Assembly: GCA_964607285.1 (NCBI GenBank)
Contig: CAZSJW010000004.1
Location: 7,063 to 71,062 of the forward strand
From: an uncultured Pseudomonadales bacterium
Lineage (GTDB): Bacteria > Patescibacteriota > Microgenomatia > UBA1400 > PJMF01
Direction of reading: 5' to 3'
DNA: 64,000 nt
Shown here: positions 10,055-20,798 of the stretch, one piece after another
Layout: each line of letters starts with the position of its first letter
Position numbering within the stretch: the stretch's first letter is position 1
The notes under the pieces: generated by a model
What the model saw: only the letters and a program-made list of their open reading frames with translations
The model's database searches: none
What the model was told of the DNA's origin: nothing
Program-made: the position numbers and the translations under genes

Positions 10055-11986
10055 GTGTTTGATCTACTCGAAACCCTTAATCCAGAACAACAAACTGCAG
10101 TAATACACCCTAGTGGCCCAGCAATGGTCTTGGCGGGTGCAGGTTCTGGCAAGACAACGGTGCTAACTACACGAGTAGCTTGGTTACTTTCTGAAAAAAA
10201 AGTCCGCCCAGAAGCGATTATGGTAGTTACGTTTACCAATAAAGCAGCAGCTGAGATTCGCCAAAGAATTCTTACTTCTACAGGTCAATCGTTATCGCTT
10301 TCTGGGACATTTCACAGCCTTTGCGCCCGCATTTTACGCAGAGATGGTAGTCATATTGGTCTCATCCCAGATTTCGTTATATATGACACTGATGATCAAA
10401 CTGCACTGTTCAAGGAACTGTACAAACAGAACAATATCGATGTAAAAGAGTATCCAATTAAAATGGTCCAGAGCATTATTTCTGGCGCGAAAAACCAAAC
10501 TCTCACACCAACTGCCTTCGCAGATAAAGCTCAGGGTAGTAGGCAAGTTGAAATCGCTAGAATTTACAAACTGTATCAACACATGCTTCGCACCGCACAT
10601 GCCCTGGATTTCGATGATTTACTGCTCCGAACCTTGGAGCTCTTTGCAGAACATGAACCCACACTCCATCGCTATCAAAATTTGCTAGAACATGTACTTG
10701 TTGATGAGTACCAAGACACAAATACTGTGCAATACACCCTAACAAAACTACTCGCGAATCCCCATGACAATCTGTATGTAGTAGGAGATTTTAGTCAAAG
10801 CATTTACTCTTGGCGCGGTGCAGATTACCGCAACATGATGACACTAAAAATCGACTTTCCCAAACTTGTAGAGTACAGACTTGAACGTAACTATCGGTCC
10901 AAACAAAATATACTGGATGCAGCCACAAGTATAATTTCGCATAACACCTCACATCCCATTTTAGAACTCTGGACTGAACAGACTGGTGGTGAGCACATCA
11001 TCTCCTACGAAGCAGAAAGTGCAAGTGATGAAGCAGCGCAGGTCAGCAAATACATTCGGCAACTTCGAGGTGAGTACGACTATGATGACATGGTTATTTT
11101 GTACCGAACAAATGCGCAATCCCGAACATTTGAAGAGGCGTTTATCCGTTCATCAATTCCATATCGATTAGTTGGTGGGACTAAGTTCTATGAGCGAAAA
11201 GAAGTAAAGGATGTGCTCTCATATATCCGATACATGGTAAACAGAGCTGATATTGTCAGCTACCAGCGATTACTAAAACTAGGGAAGCGAAATTTCTCCA
11301 GTTTTTCTACCTGGATTGACACCGATGCGGGAAAGTTTGCACTTTCTGAGCAGCCAGCCGTACTCCTGCGTTCTGTTTTAGAACATACAAACTACTTAGA
11401 CAAATACAGCAAGCAAACTGAAGACAATTTACAACGCACTGCAAACGTATATGAGCTGGTAAACGTTGCTGCACAGTTTGAGACCGTAACGCAGTTTCTC
11501 GAAAACGTAGCACTCATTCAAAATGACACCTTTAGCGATGTCCAAAACTCGTCCGATATGCAACATGCTGTGACTCTGATGAGCATCCATGCCGCCAAAG
11601 GACTCGAGTTTTCCGTGGTTTTCTTGGTGGGCTTAGAGGAAGGATTGTTTCCACACACAAGGTCATTTCTCGATAAGGATCAGATGGAAGAAGAGCGAAG
11701 ACTTTGTTACGTAGCGATCACTCGAGCCAAAGATCGTTTGTACCTCACACATGCACGCAGTCGTTTACAGTATGGGATGAGTACAAATAGTTTGCAGAGC
11801 AGATTTGTCGCAGACATCCCAGAAGAACTACTCACTAAAGAGCCCAGTGGACTAAGCAGGTGGAGTAGTGATTCAAGAAAAAGTTCCGCCAGTTCTTCAG
11901 GCCGCAGATATGTCCCTATTGATGATGGGATGCTAGAGGGTGTCCTGAGCGGGGAGTTTGATATCGATGCCTTTATAGATAGTTAA
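10055..11986 (+). CDS. pcrA: UvrD/PcrA superfamily-1 DNA helicase
   Basis: AGAGSGKT, TFTNKAA, VDEYQD, NYRS, HAAKGLEF, EERRLCYVAITRAK. Confidence 0.93.
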   Translation: MFDLLETLNPEQQTAVIHPSGPAMVLAGAGSGKTTVLTTRVAWLLSEKKVRPEAIMVVTFTNKAAAEIRQRILTSTGQSLSLSGTFHSLCARILRRDGSHIGLIPDFVIYDTDDQTALFKELYKQNNIDVKEYPIKMVQSIISGAKNQTLTPTAFADKAQGSRQVEIARIYKLYQHMLRTAHALDFDDLLLRTLELFAEHEPTLHRYQNLLEHVLVDEYQDTNTVQYTLTKLLANPHDNLYVVGDFSQSIYSWRGADYRNMMTLKIDFPKLVEYRLERNYRSKQNILDAATSIISHNTSHPILELWTEQTGGEHIISYEAESASDEAAQVSKYIRQLRGEYDYDDMVILYRTNAQSRTFEEAFIRSSIPYRLVGGTKFYERKEVKDVLSYIRYMVNRADIVSYQRLLKLGKRNFSSFSTWIDTDAGKFALSEQPAVLLRSVLEHTNYLDKYSKQTEDNLQRTANVYELVNVAAQFETVTQFLENVALIQNDTFSDVQNSSDMQHAVTLMSIHAAKGLEFSVVFLVGLEEGLFPHTRSFLDKDQMEEERRLCYVAITRAKDRLYLTHARSRLQYGMSTNSLQSRFVADIPEELLTKEPSGLSRWSSDSRKSSASSSGRRYVPIDDGMLEGVLSGEFDIDAFIDS

Positions 11987-12046
11987 AAAATCATTCTAAA
12001 CTTTTCACTCTAGAGCTTCTAGGCCAAAATCGCGTATAATGAGTGT

Positions 12047-13078
12047 ATGCTATACCGTCAACTTCGAGAAGATGAACAACAACTGTACAACTCTGTGGTG
12101 CACCATCCCTTGCAATCCTGGGAGTGGGGAGAGTTTCGCAGACAAACAGGTTTGAACGTGGAGAGAATTGGCCTGTTTGATAATAAAAAACTAGTCAGTG
12201 CACTGCAAATCACCTTTCACCCAGTTCCACTCTTAGGCAGAAATGTTGGATACTTGCCAAAAGGTCCAATGCCTGATGAAGATCAGCTCTCAATTCTCAC
12301 ACAGCTTGGTAAAAAACACTCCGCACTTTTTATCAAACTCGAACCCAACATCGCCCAAAAAGTTGATGCTCCATCTGGGCATAAGCAAATTCATGAGTTT
12401 ATGATAAAAAATGGGGCTGTTCCAGGTAAACCACTATTTACCAAGTACACGTTTCAACTCAATCTCAACCAATCTGAAGAGAAACTTTTTGAGAATTTAA
12501 GCAGTAAAACTAGATACAACGTCAATCTCGCCTACAAAAAAGGGGTGAAGATATTTGAAAACACATCTGAAGCTGGTCTTGAAGAGTACTTGGCCATCTT
12601 AAAAGAAACAACAAAACGACAAGGCTTTTATGCCCATGAACCTGAATACTTTCGTAAGCTTTGGACAACTCTTGGCTCAAGTGGAATGATGCGCATTTTC
12701 ACCGCTGTACACGAAGACAAAGTTCTAGTTTCTTGGATCATGTTTATCTTTAATGGTGTGTTGTACTACCCATACGGAGCATCAAGAAGTGAGTCTCGTG
12801 ATGTTATGGCCAGCAACTTGCTGATGTGGGAAATGATCAAGTTTGGTAAGGAGCAAGGGTGTACTTTGTTTGATATGTGGGGTTCACTCGGACCAGAACC
12901 AAATGAGAAAGATCCGTGGTATGGATTTCACCGCTTTAAAAAAGGCTATGGTGGAGACCTCTTAGAGTTTCTAGGCACGTATGACCTAGTCATTGATCCT
13001 CCAATGTACAAAATTTTCAATATCGGCGAAAGTCTCAGGTGGAAGTGGTTGCGATTTAGAATGAAGCTACCATTTTAA
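12047..13078 (+). CDS. FemABX-family peptidoglycan bridge aminoacyltransferase
   Basis: HPLQSWEWGEFR, GYLPKGP, FIKLEP, KTRYNVNLA, YYPYGAS, GFHRFKKGYGG. Confidence 0.9.
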   Translation: MLYRQLREDEQQLYNSVVHHPLQSWEWGEFRRQTGLNVERIGLFDNKKLVSALQITFHPVPLLGRNVGYLPKGPMPDEDQLSILTQLGKKHSALFIKLEPNIAQKVDAPSGHKQIHEFMIKNGAVPGKPLFTKYTFQLNLNQSEEKLFENLSSKTRYNVNLAYKKGVKIFENTSEAGLEEYLAILKETTKRQGFYAHEPEYFRKLWTTLGSSGMMRIFTAVHEDKVLVSWIMFIFNGVLYYPYGASRSESRDVMASNLLMWEMIKFGKEQGCTLFDMWGSLGPEPNEKDPWYGFHRFKKGYGGDLLEFLGTYDLVIDPPMYKIFNIGESLRWKWLRFRMKLPF

Positions 13079-13079
13079 T

Positions 13080-13339
13080 CTAAAGCAACTTCCCTATAAC
13101 TACTTTTTGCAGCATGAGCGCGTATTGACTGCTGCATTTTTTATTGAGTCTTTTGTATCTCAAAGTTACTCCTATTTCAGCTACTATCAAAACAGTTGCA
13201 CATATAATAAACGAAAGTAGAAATGCAAAAGCTTCAGCTTCTACAGCAGATAGATCCCAAAAGGTAGTCATACCATTTGCCAATTTTGAAGTCCAACATC
13301 TAAGGGGTTTCTAGTGTGTTGATCATTTTCAGCTTTCAT
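13080..13339 (-). pseudogene. Small membrane protein interrupted by a -1 frameshift
   Basis: ATG at 13339 (MKAENDQHTRNPLDVGLQ) joins the 13080-13283 TM ORF if one A is added to an A4 run near 13285. Confidence 0.45.
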
Positions 13340-13484
13340 GCAATTAAGATCGTAAAAAAATAAGTGAAAACCGTGTAAAATATCAGTAAGAAAAACTGTT
13401 TGCAAATTTTACAGATATCCGATTGTCATAACTCATCAGACTCAGTATGATACACACTAGTTACGTTTTATCCTGAAAGGCTCT

Positions 13485-14225
13485 ATGTCCAAACTCCGCT
13501 TCAAACGAATCCTACTTAAGGTTGGTGGGGAGTCACTAATTGGTGATCGCCCCTATGGTATCGACCCAGAAGCAGCACTTGGTGTTGCCAATCAAATCAA
13601 AGAACTATACGCCGAAAACGTACAAATCGCCATTGTTATTGGTGGGGGAAATATCTTCCGCGGCATATCAGGTTCAAAGCACGGTATAGACAGAGCAACT
13701 GCAGATTACATGGGTATGCTTGCTACTGTCATGAACGGCTTAGCACTGCAAGATGCGCTTGAAAAAGCAGGTATTCCTACTCGCATGCAGTCTGCGCTGC
13801 AGATGCCTGCTGTAGCAGAGAACTTCATTCGCCGCCGTGCTATGCGTCATATGGAGAAGGGTAGAGTGGTGATTTTGGCTGCAGGCACTGGAGTACCATA
13901 TGTGACAACAGACACTGGGGCATCATTGCATGCACTGGAACTACACTGTGATGTACTCATGAAAGCTACCAAGGTGGACGGTGTGTATGATAAAGATCCG
14001 ATGAAGTTCAAAGATGCTAAACGCTTCAAAACCCTCAACTTTAAAGACGCAATTGAAATGGATGGTGTAGAAGTAATGGACACAGCCGCTCTAGCAATGT
14101 CAAAAGAAAATAATATGCCTGTTATGGTTTTTGAACTTTTCAAAGAACAGAATTTGCTCAAAGCAGTCATGGGTGAGGATATTGGTACGTTTGTCAGCAA
14201 TGATGTAAAGACCGAGTTTGCGTGA
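13485..14225 (+). CDS. pyrH: UMP kinase
   Basis: KRILLKVGGE, GGGNIFRG, DYMGMLATVMN, TKVDGVYDKDP. Confidence 0.97.
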   Translation: MSKLRFKRILLKVGGESLIGDRPYGIDPEAALGVANQIKELYAENVQIAIVIGGGNIFRGISGSKHGIDRATADYMGMLATVMNGLALQDALEKAGIPTRMQSALQMPAVAENFIRRRAMRHMEKGRVVILAAGTGVPYVTTDTGASLHALELHCDVLMKATKVDGVYDKDPMKFKDAKRFKTLNFKDAIEMDGVEVMDTAALAMSKENNMPVMVFELFKEQNLLKAVMGEDIGTFVSNDVKTEFA

Positions 14226-14262
14226 TATAGTTACAATACCAATACAGTGATAGTGAAAAATC

Positions 14263-14619
14263 ATGCTTGAACAAGAATCAGTACATCAAAATGTGTATGA
14301 AAGACATATAAAGAGGATGGTCGGCGCATTTTATCCTGACGTTTACAAATTGTATAAAAAAGTTTTTTTGGTTCGTGCTGAAAATGTAAAAAGAAACATT
14401 CCCGTTGAAGTAGATAATATGGATAGTGCTGAGATGCTGGCTAGACTTGCAGTGCTTGATGTTCAAACCACAATACAAGCAGACTGTGCGGCCATTGAAT
14501 TACCATCCGCTCATGCTGGAAGAGAATACACGATTCTTACAGCAAGGATGCACCTAATGCATGCCCGAGAAAAAATTATTAAAACCATTGATATTGGTAG
14601 CTGGAGTATCAATTTTTAA
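14263..14619 (+). CDS. Hypothetical protein
   Basis: 118-aa ORF filling the pyrH-gap interval; no recognisable motif. Confidence 0.55.
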   Translation: MLEQESVHQNVYERHIKRMVGAFYPDVYKLYKKVFLVRAENVKRNIPVEVDNMDSAEMLARLAVLDVQTTIQADCAAIELPSAHAGREYTILTARMHLMHAREKIIKTIDIGSWSINF

Positions 14620-14647
14620 TTAAGCCAGGAGCTAGAAACACACAACT

Positions 14648-15688
14648 ATGCACACATTCGGCATCAACGGCTTCGGCCGCATTGGACGTACAAGTTTCAG
14701 AGTGTGGTGGTTGTATCACCATGAGGCAATGGATCTCAAGGTCATTAATACTTCTGGTTCTATGGAAATTGCGGACTGGGCACACTTGCTCAAGTATGAT
14801 AGTAACTACGGCCCATTCACTGAAACAATAACTGTAACTCAGCAACAGTCCACCAAAGATGTTACGGATAGTAACCCTGTGCTAGGTACACTACAAATCG
14901 GGGACCGCACTATTATTGTCACGGCTCAACGCGACCCTGCAAAAATCCCTTGGGGAACACACGGGGTCCAAACAGTCATAGAAAGTACTGGCGCATTCAC
15001 AAGTCAAGAAAAAGCCCGTCTGCACCTGCAAGGAGGAGCACAAACCGTTGTTATCTCCGCACCTGCAAAAGGTGGTAGCGTAAGCTCAAGTGTGATTGGT
15101 GTCAATAACTTTGATGCCAGTAACCCAATTCGCTCCAACGCATCTTGTACAACAAACTGCATCGCGCCGGTGGCCCAAATAATGGTACAGCAATTTGACG
15201 TACAGAACGCTATGTTGAACACAATCCACTCGTACACAGATGACCAAAATTTACATGATAACTCACACAAAGATATGCGGCGCGCCCGTGCTGCAGGCCT
15301 GAACATTGTGCCCACCTCCACAGGAGCGGCAATAGCTGTGGGTGAAGTCATCCCCGAGCTCAAAGGTATTTTTGATGGTTTAGCAGTGCGCGTTCCCACA
15401 GCAACGGGTTCATTGTCTGACATGGTATTTGTAGTCAAACGACCAACGACAGTTGCAGAAGTCAATCAAGTGTTGACTAACGCTTCCCAAGAAGACCGTT
15501 GGCGTGGCATCCTGGCTGTGACTAACGAACCTCTTGTCTCTTCAGACATCAAAGGTCGGCGGGAATCTTCTATCGTTGATCTCTCACTTACGATGGTGCT
15601 CGGTGGCACTATGGTAAAAGTTGTCAGCTGGTATGACAACGAGTGGGGGTACTGCAATCGACTGATTGAGCAAGTACTGCCAAGATGA
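14648..15688 (+). CDS. gap: Glyceraldehyde-3-phosphate dehydrogenase (type I)
   Basis: GINGFGRIGR, NASCTTNC, VSWYDNEWGY. Confidence 0.97.
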   Translation: MHTFGINGFGRIGRTSFRVWWLYHHEAMDLKVINTSGSMEIADWAHLLKYDSNYGPFTETITVTQQQSTKDVTDSNPVLGTLQIGDRTIIVTAQRDPAKIPWGTHGVQTVIESTGAFTSQEKARLHLQGGAQTVVISAPAKGGSVSSSVIGVNNFDASNPIRSNASCTTNCIAPVAQIMVQQFDVQNAMLNTIHSYTDDQNLHDNSHKDMRRARAAGLNIVPTSTGAAIAVGEVIPELKGIFDGLAVRVPTATGSLSDMVFVVKRPTTVAEVNQVLTNASQEDRWRGILAVTNEPLVSSDIKGRRESSIVDLSLTMVLGGTMVKVVSWYDNEWGYCNRLIEQVLPR

Positions 15689-16718
15689 ATGCAGCATTGA
15701 AATCATCTCACAAAAATCTTTTTTAGCTTTTTTACTTGTTGTATTTTTTTTGACAGCAATCTTCTTTTGTTGGCAATCTCTTTGGTTACTGGCTCAACTT
15801 CAGTCTATGCAGCTGCAAGGTACTGTTTATTCAGATGAAATCCAAAACTGCCAAACAAATATCAATTGCAACCCCATCACGGTTCCTGAGAAAAAAGCAG
15901 AGTCACACTATAAAATTATAGACGGTATAACATACATGGTTGGACCTAGCAATCAGTATACAAATACTAACTATATAAGTTTTGGAACGATACATAAATC
16001 TGGTACTTTTCAAGAATACACCCCAATTAACTTTGAAGCATATTTAGATACATCTATTCAAGATTTTTGGTTTGATGATGAGAGTCAGAGTCTAATTTTA
16101 CTCCAAAGCCCAGGCAAGGGGGATGGTGCAGCTGTAGAAATTTTTTCTAAAGTATCTGGCTCTACACAAAAACGCAGTTACCCACTTGATTACTCAATCC
16201 TCTTTGCGAATCAAGTGCTAGAGATATATGCACGATCACGAATCATTGACTATGATCCTGAATCACAACAGTTACTTGTGCTGACAATGGTAGGGGATGC
16301 ATGCGCTGGTTGGGGTAGCGTATGGAAAGTACTCCCATCTACGGCTACCAAAGTCAATATTTCCCAAGTTAGTTCGGGCTGTCATGACACAAACCCGCGC
16401 TTTGCTGGATACCTGAACGGAAAACTGTACATTATAAACGCTGACTCTGAGTTCATTGAACCTGGTGAGTATTACACCCGAGACACAGTCCATGAATTTT
16501 TTACCATTGATCCTAAAACACTAGTTCGCGAAACTGTTTCAGTAGATCTAGCATAGTTCAACGGATTGACTGCAGTTTGGCCGTTACAGACGAAACTGCA
16601 ACATGCAGTAATCACCGATTTACAATCTACAGAACTTTTGTTCGCTAGATACTCAAAAGCCGAAGCTGAATACTATGGATATGATAGCTACTCTGCGACC
16701 TTACGGAAGTTGCAGTAA
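15685..16718 (+). pseudogene. Membrane-anchored secreted hypothetical protein, apparently disrupted (-1 frameshift near 15712-15724; in-frame TAG at 16554)
   Basis: ATG overlaps the gap stop (ATGA); one extra base in the A5/T6 run joins it to ORF 15666-16556; the frame stays open 53 more codons after TAG to TAA 16718. Confidence 0.5.
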
Positions 16719-16806
16719 CTCTTCTTTTTGAACCGCAGAGAAAGATGTGCTACGTCTCTGCCAAAACAGCACGCTTCTTGTAAGCTTCCTGCCATACACT
16801 ACAAGT

Positions 16807-18312
16807 ATGGCAGTCACCATCTCTACAATCGGCTACACGGGGTGGCAAACACACAAAGTACTGCTCACGGGGGAGAGCACTAGAGGAAAGCCAGGACTTC
16901 AATTGATCGGTTTCCCAAGCCAAGTCTCTACCCAGCTCAAATCCCTCATTCCTACCGCATGCAAAGTCCAAGGCATTTCCTTACCTGCGCGCAAAATTGC
17001 AATTACTATCCAGCCATCTATTTCTAAAGTAGCTCATTTGTACTCCCTCAGCTTTCCCGTTGCTGTGCTGCTCCTTGCATTAGCAAACCATATCCCAATA
17101 CCTAGTTGTAATCGGGTGTTTGTGGGAGAAGTTACACTGGATGGATCGCTGACTGCCCCAATGCCCCTGGAATCATACCTAGCAGCAGCACGAGCACTTG
17201 GGTGCACAGATCTCACCATTCCTCAGGCAGTACTTAGTTCATTGTTCTCATATCTAAGTACAAATCTGAAAATCTCCTGCCCAACTACCTTGTTAGACTT
17301 CTGCACGCATGAGCGCCTCAATCAGTCACATCCACTGCTAAACATAGCACCCACTATCCTACCGAAGCGAATCGCCGAACCTGGTTTTGAGTCAATTCGC
17401 GGTAGGTGGCAAGTAAAGCGAGCACTGACCCTAGCTGTTGCAGGTAGACATCACACGCTGTTGGTTGGACCACCAGGAGTGGGAAAAACACAGATTGCGC
17501 TAGTTGCACAAACCTTACAACCAGATCTCACACCTCCTGAACAAGTCACCAACTCAACCCTTTCTGCACTAGCAGGAGAGCCAAAAGCTGCAAGTGTCCA
17601 ATCACCTTTCCGTACGCCTACTCACCGATCTAGTCTAACCCAACTGCTTGGCAGTGGGATTACTGCCACACCAGGAGAGATAAGCCTAGCAAATGCAGGT
17701 ATTCTGTTTTTGGATGAGTTATCTGAGTTCTCGAACTCTGTCTTAGCAGGACTTAGGCAACCAATGGAAACTGGCACAGTTCCTGTGCTATCAAACTCAA
17801 CATACCCCGCAAGTGCCACTATCATTGCGGTCACTAACCCTTGTCGCTGCAATCAAAAGCAACAAGACAAAGACGTTTGCTCATGTGACAAGTCCAACCT
17901 AGCTTATCGAAGAAAACTTGGTGGCGCATTACTGGATCGTTTTGGGTTGCACTGCATACTTACGCCAAACAAAGCTACCGAGTTGATCACTTTCCCACCT
18001 GATAAATATAGTACCACTGACCTACAATCACACATCCTATCTGCACGACAAAGACAGCACGAACGCTACCATTCGCTCCCCTGGCAAACAAATGGTTGGG
18101 CATCAGCACACTACTTGCTTGATCACTGCCTGAAAAATTCAGAAACCAAAGAGTACTACATGCTTGTCACCAAAAAACATAGCGGTTCTGTGCGCTGGCA
18201 CAGACACTTATTGTCTATAGCTAGGACCATTGCTGATCTGGAATCAAACCCTATCGTACTTCCTGACCATATTGCTGAAGCACTGCAGTACCGTCCTGAG
18301 CTAGAATACTAG
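16807..18312 (+). CDS. comM: YifB/ComM Mg-chelatase-like AAA ATPase
   Basis: GEVTLDG, GPPGVGKT, PGEISLA, LFLDEL, NPCRC, IARTIADL...HIAEALQYR; start moved to the ATG preceded by a TACACT -10 box. Confidence 0.85.
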   Translation: MAVTISTIGYTGWQTHKVLLTGESTRGKPGLQLIGFPSQVSTQLKSLIPTACKVQGISLPARKIAITIQPSISKVAHLYSLSFPVAVLLLALANHIPIPSCNRVFVGEVTLDGSLTAPMPLESYLAAARALGCTDLTIPQAVLSSLFSYLSTNLKISCPTTLLDFCTHERLNQSHPLLNIAPTILPKRIAEPGFESIRGRWQVKRALTLAVAGRHHTLLVGPPGVGKTQIALVAQTLQPDLTPPEQVTNSTLSALAGEPKAASVQSPFRTPTHRSSLTQLLGSGITATPGEISLANAGILFLDELSEFSNSVLAGLRQPMETGTVPVLSNSTYPASATIIAVTNPCRCNQKQQDKDVCSCDKSNLAYRRKLGGALLDRFGLHCILTPNKATELITFPPDKYSTTDLQSHILSARQRQHERYHSLPWQTNGWASAHYLLDHCLKNSETKEYYMLVTKKHSGSVRWHRHLLSIARTIADLESNPIVLPDHIAEALQYRPELEY

Positions 18313-18313
18313 T

Positions 18314-18862
18314 ATGACTTCTCACCACATGTGGATTGTTGGAATTGTTGCCGTGAGTTTGTTGTTGCTACCTTGGTGGGCAGCAAATAAGTCAAAGCAG
18401 CAACTACATAGTCCCTTGGCATCACTATCGCCGAGCAGTGCTCCCTCACCAACAGGCATCTCTGGGTTTACCAATGATGCACTCTACCTGCTCATCAATG
18501 CATACCGCTTAGAAAACAAGCTCTCACCACTACACATCAACCCTGAACTCGAACAAAGCGCACAGTACAAACTTCAGGACATGGTCACTAATAAATACTA
18601 TCGTCATACAGATCGTGCCGACACACTACCCTGGCCGTTTTTCTTACAAGCCAACTACCAATACCAGCGAGCGGGAGAAAATCTTTCATTTGCCATCAAT
18701 ACACCGTGGCAAGTACAAGAGGCTTGGATGCAAAGCCCCAGTCATAATAGACAATTGTTAGAAAAAGAATATCAAGATATGGGACTTGCACACGATTGTA
18801 AAACGTTCAAAGAGTATCCAGACGGCGGCTGCATCGTAGTGCTACATTTGGGTAGAGAGTAG
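18314..18862 (+). CDS. CAP (SCP-like) domain protein
   Basis: LINAYR, AGENL, WMQSPSHNRQLL; N-terminal TM. Confidence 0.85.
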   Translation: MTSHHMWIVGIVAVSLLLLPWWAANKSKQQLHSPLASLSPSSAPSPTGISGFTNDALYLLINAYRLENKLSPLHINPELEQSAQYKLQDMVTNKYYRHTDRADTLPWPFFLQANYQYQRAGENLSFAINTPWQVQEAWMQSPSHNRQLLEKEYQDMGLAHDCKTFKEYPDGGCIVVLHLGRE

Positions 18863-19630
18863 CACAGCACCACCCAACAACACACAGTACCACCCAAATA
18901 TATCTAAGTGACCTTTACGAATAATCAATGCAAAAAGTGAAAGACTAGCAAAGCCTACCAAACCAGCGGTCAAGCCGCCAGCTGCTAACACAGATGGAGG
19001 AAATGATCCTAACCCAGCGGTATATAACTCATACCCTTGCAAAAGTGATGCACCAAAAATTGCTGGTAAACCAAGTAAAAACGAAAAACGAAACGCTTCA
19101 ATGCGTGACATTCCAACAAATGATCCACCTGCTACTGTGCTCCCCGAGCGAGAAACACCAGGTAAAATGGCGATTGATTGCAACACGCCAATTCCTAGAG
19201 CATGCACATAAGAAACATCTTTGGGCAAAAAATGATCGCCTTGCTCTGAGTGAGCTCCCGACTGCTTCTTGAACCGAGCATGTGCCATAAAATTGAGCAC
19301 ACCCGTCACAATGAGCGCACCCCCCACAAAGGCAGTAGAAAGTAGTAGTTGTTCAACAGTGTCCTTAAACAACAGACCCACAATAACAGCTGGTACTGTA
19401 CCAACTGCCAAAACCATGTAATCCTTGACCCGCAATCGAAAAATATCACGAATGAAAAACAATACCACTGCCAAAAATGTAAAGAAGTGTAGAAAAACAT
19501 CAAAAGTCAATAAATTTTCTGTGAGCCCAAACCACTGCTGTACTAAACTCAAGTGACCGTCACTAGAAATCGGCAAAAACTCCGACACACCCTGCACAGC
19601 CCCAAGAATAATCGCTTGTGGAATTGTCAT
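18842..19630 (-). CDS. uppP: Undecaprenyl-diphosphate phosphatase
   Basis: GAVQGVSEFLPISSDGH and PGVSRSGST motifs. Confidence 0.95.
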   Translation of the reverse strand: MTIPQAIILGAVQGVSEFLPISSDGHLSLVQQWFGLTENLLTFDVFLHFFTFLAVVLFFIRDIFRLRVKDYMVLAVGTVPAVIVGLLFKDTVEQLLLSTAFVGGALIVTGVLNFMAHARFKKQSGAHSEQGDHFLPKDVSYVHALGIGVLQSIAILPGVSRSGSTVAGGSFVGMSRIEAFRFSFLLGLPAIFGASLLQGYELYTAGLGSFPPSVLAAGGLTAGLVGFASLSLFALIIRKGHLDIFGWYCVLLGGAVLLSTQM

Positions 19631-19642
19631 GCAGTACCTACT

Positions 19643-20326
19643 TTACTTGATTTCTGTATCAATCCGTTTGTACCAATCAAGCAACATTTTCCGCACAACG
19701 TCCTGACCACCCAGACCCAGTGCTAATCCAACACCTAGCGCAGTGCTCCCCACAAAACCGATAAATAAAATCAAGATAAACTCACGAGCAATACCTAGCT
19801 CTGAGAGAGAGGCTAAAATGGCTACAGTAATTACTCCATAACTGGTAGCTTTGCCAAATGCCCGAGATAAACGGACACTAACTGATCGCATCATAGCTTT
19901 TGCTACATTCTCTAAAATTCCAGCAAAAAAGACACCAATAAGGAGCACAACTCCAGCACTTAACAAATGAGGCAGAATTGTGAGCACTTGTTCTAGCAAC
20001 AGGGCAATTGGCGTGAGCCCTAACATAGAAGCAACGGTCTCAAAAACTACTAGCATAATCAGCCAATAGCAAATAAGCGCAACTCCCTTCTCAAGTTGTT
20101 GCTCACGATTCGACTCTTTGACAAAGTGTTCTAATGGGGTTTTCTCAAACGCTTGAGCTAAATGTAGCTTACTTAGCACACGCAGAATCAGCTGTTTCAA
20201 TGCTCCAGCGACAATCATGCCACCAAATAACACAATGGCCGCCCCAGTTATTCGAGGAAGTGCTGCTAAAAATGCTGCAGCACTATATTCAAATACACGA
20301 AGTAACGGAGAATAGGAATCTTGCAT
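19643..20326 (-). CDS. TM-helix-repeat / small mechanosensitive channel-like membrane protein (CmpX-like)
   Basis: LPRITGAAIVL, LPHLLSA repeats, GLALGLGGQD; true start ATG 20326 with AAGGAG upstream (the ORF-track extension overlaps rnpB). Confidence 0.75.
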   Translation of the reverse strand: MQDSYSPLLRVFEYSAAAFLAALPRITGAAIVLFGGMIVAGALKQLILRVLSKLHLAQAFEKTPLEHFVKESNREQQLEKGVALICYWLIMLVVFETVASMLGLTPIALLLEQVLTILPHLLSAGVVLLIGVFFAGILENVAKAMMRSVSVRLSRAFGKATSYGVITVAILASLSELGIAREFILILFIGFVGSTALGVGLALGLGGQDVVRKMLLDWYKRIDTEIK

Positions 20327-20389
20327 GTAACTCCTTGCACAAATGCCAAGTATTCTTGGCTTACCAGAGTATACATGGTTTTGTGTAAA

Positions 20390-20758
20390 AGCTCCACCCC
20401 TCCTATAAGCCAGATTCTGTTCAGAATTTGCCCGAAAGACAGATTCTTTGACCATGATTTGTCTAATGCCTGGAACACTATCACCATCTTTGCGAGCAAG
20501 CTCGCAGAGAGCGGAAGCACGTCCAATGTGGTGAAGATCGCCAGTTGCAGCGGGGAGGATTGCCCGTTTCACCCTCCCTCACCTTTTTATCTGGACTACT
20601 GTCCAGAACAAAAGGTGAGGGAGACTCGTCTCTGTTGCTCTAACTGTTGTCACACTTGCGCATGACCCCCTCACTTTCGTGAGGCACCCTGTGCTTTGCT
20701 GTCCGGACTTTCCTCATCCTGCCAGAGGCAGAACGCCATGATCCAGAGGAATGGAGCT
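20390..20758 (-). ncRNA. rnpB: RNase P RNA
   Basis: Minus strand carries GAGGAAAGTCCGG (CR-I), GCAACAGAGAC, GGTGAAACGG and AACAGAATCTGGCTTA (CR-V); P1 pairing GCTCCA/TGGAGC. Confidence 0.93.
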
Positions 20759-20798
20759 GGTATATTGTAGCATGTAGGCAACTGCTATACTTGCCGCT

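Noticed and set aside
16554-16556. Stop-codon reassignment (TAG or TGA)
   Set aside because: Conserved genes end normally at TAG (clpB, recG) and TGA (pyrH, gap) and have no internal stops.
20327-20572. N-terminal 82-aa extension of ORF 19643-20572
   Set aside because: It overlaps the RNase P RNA; ATG 20326 has a good SD and begins the membrane domain.
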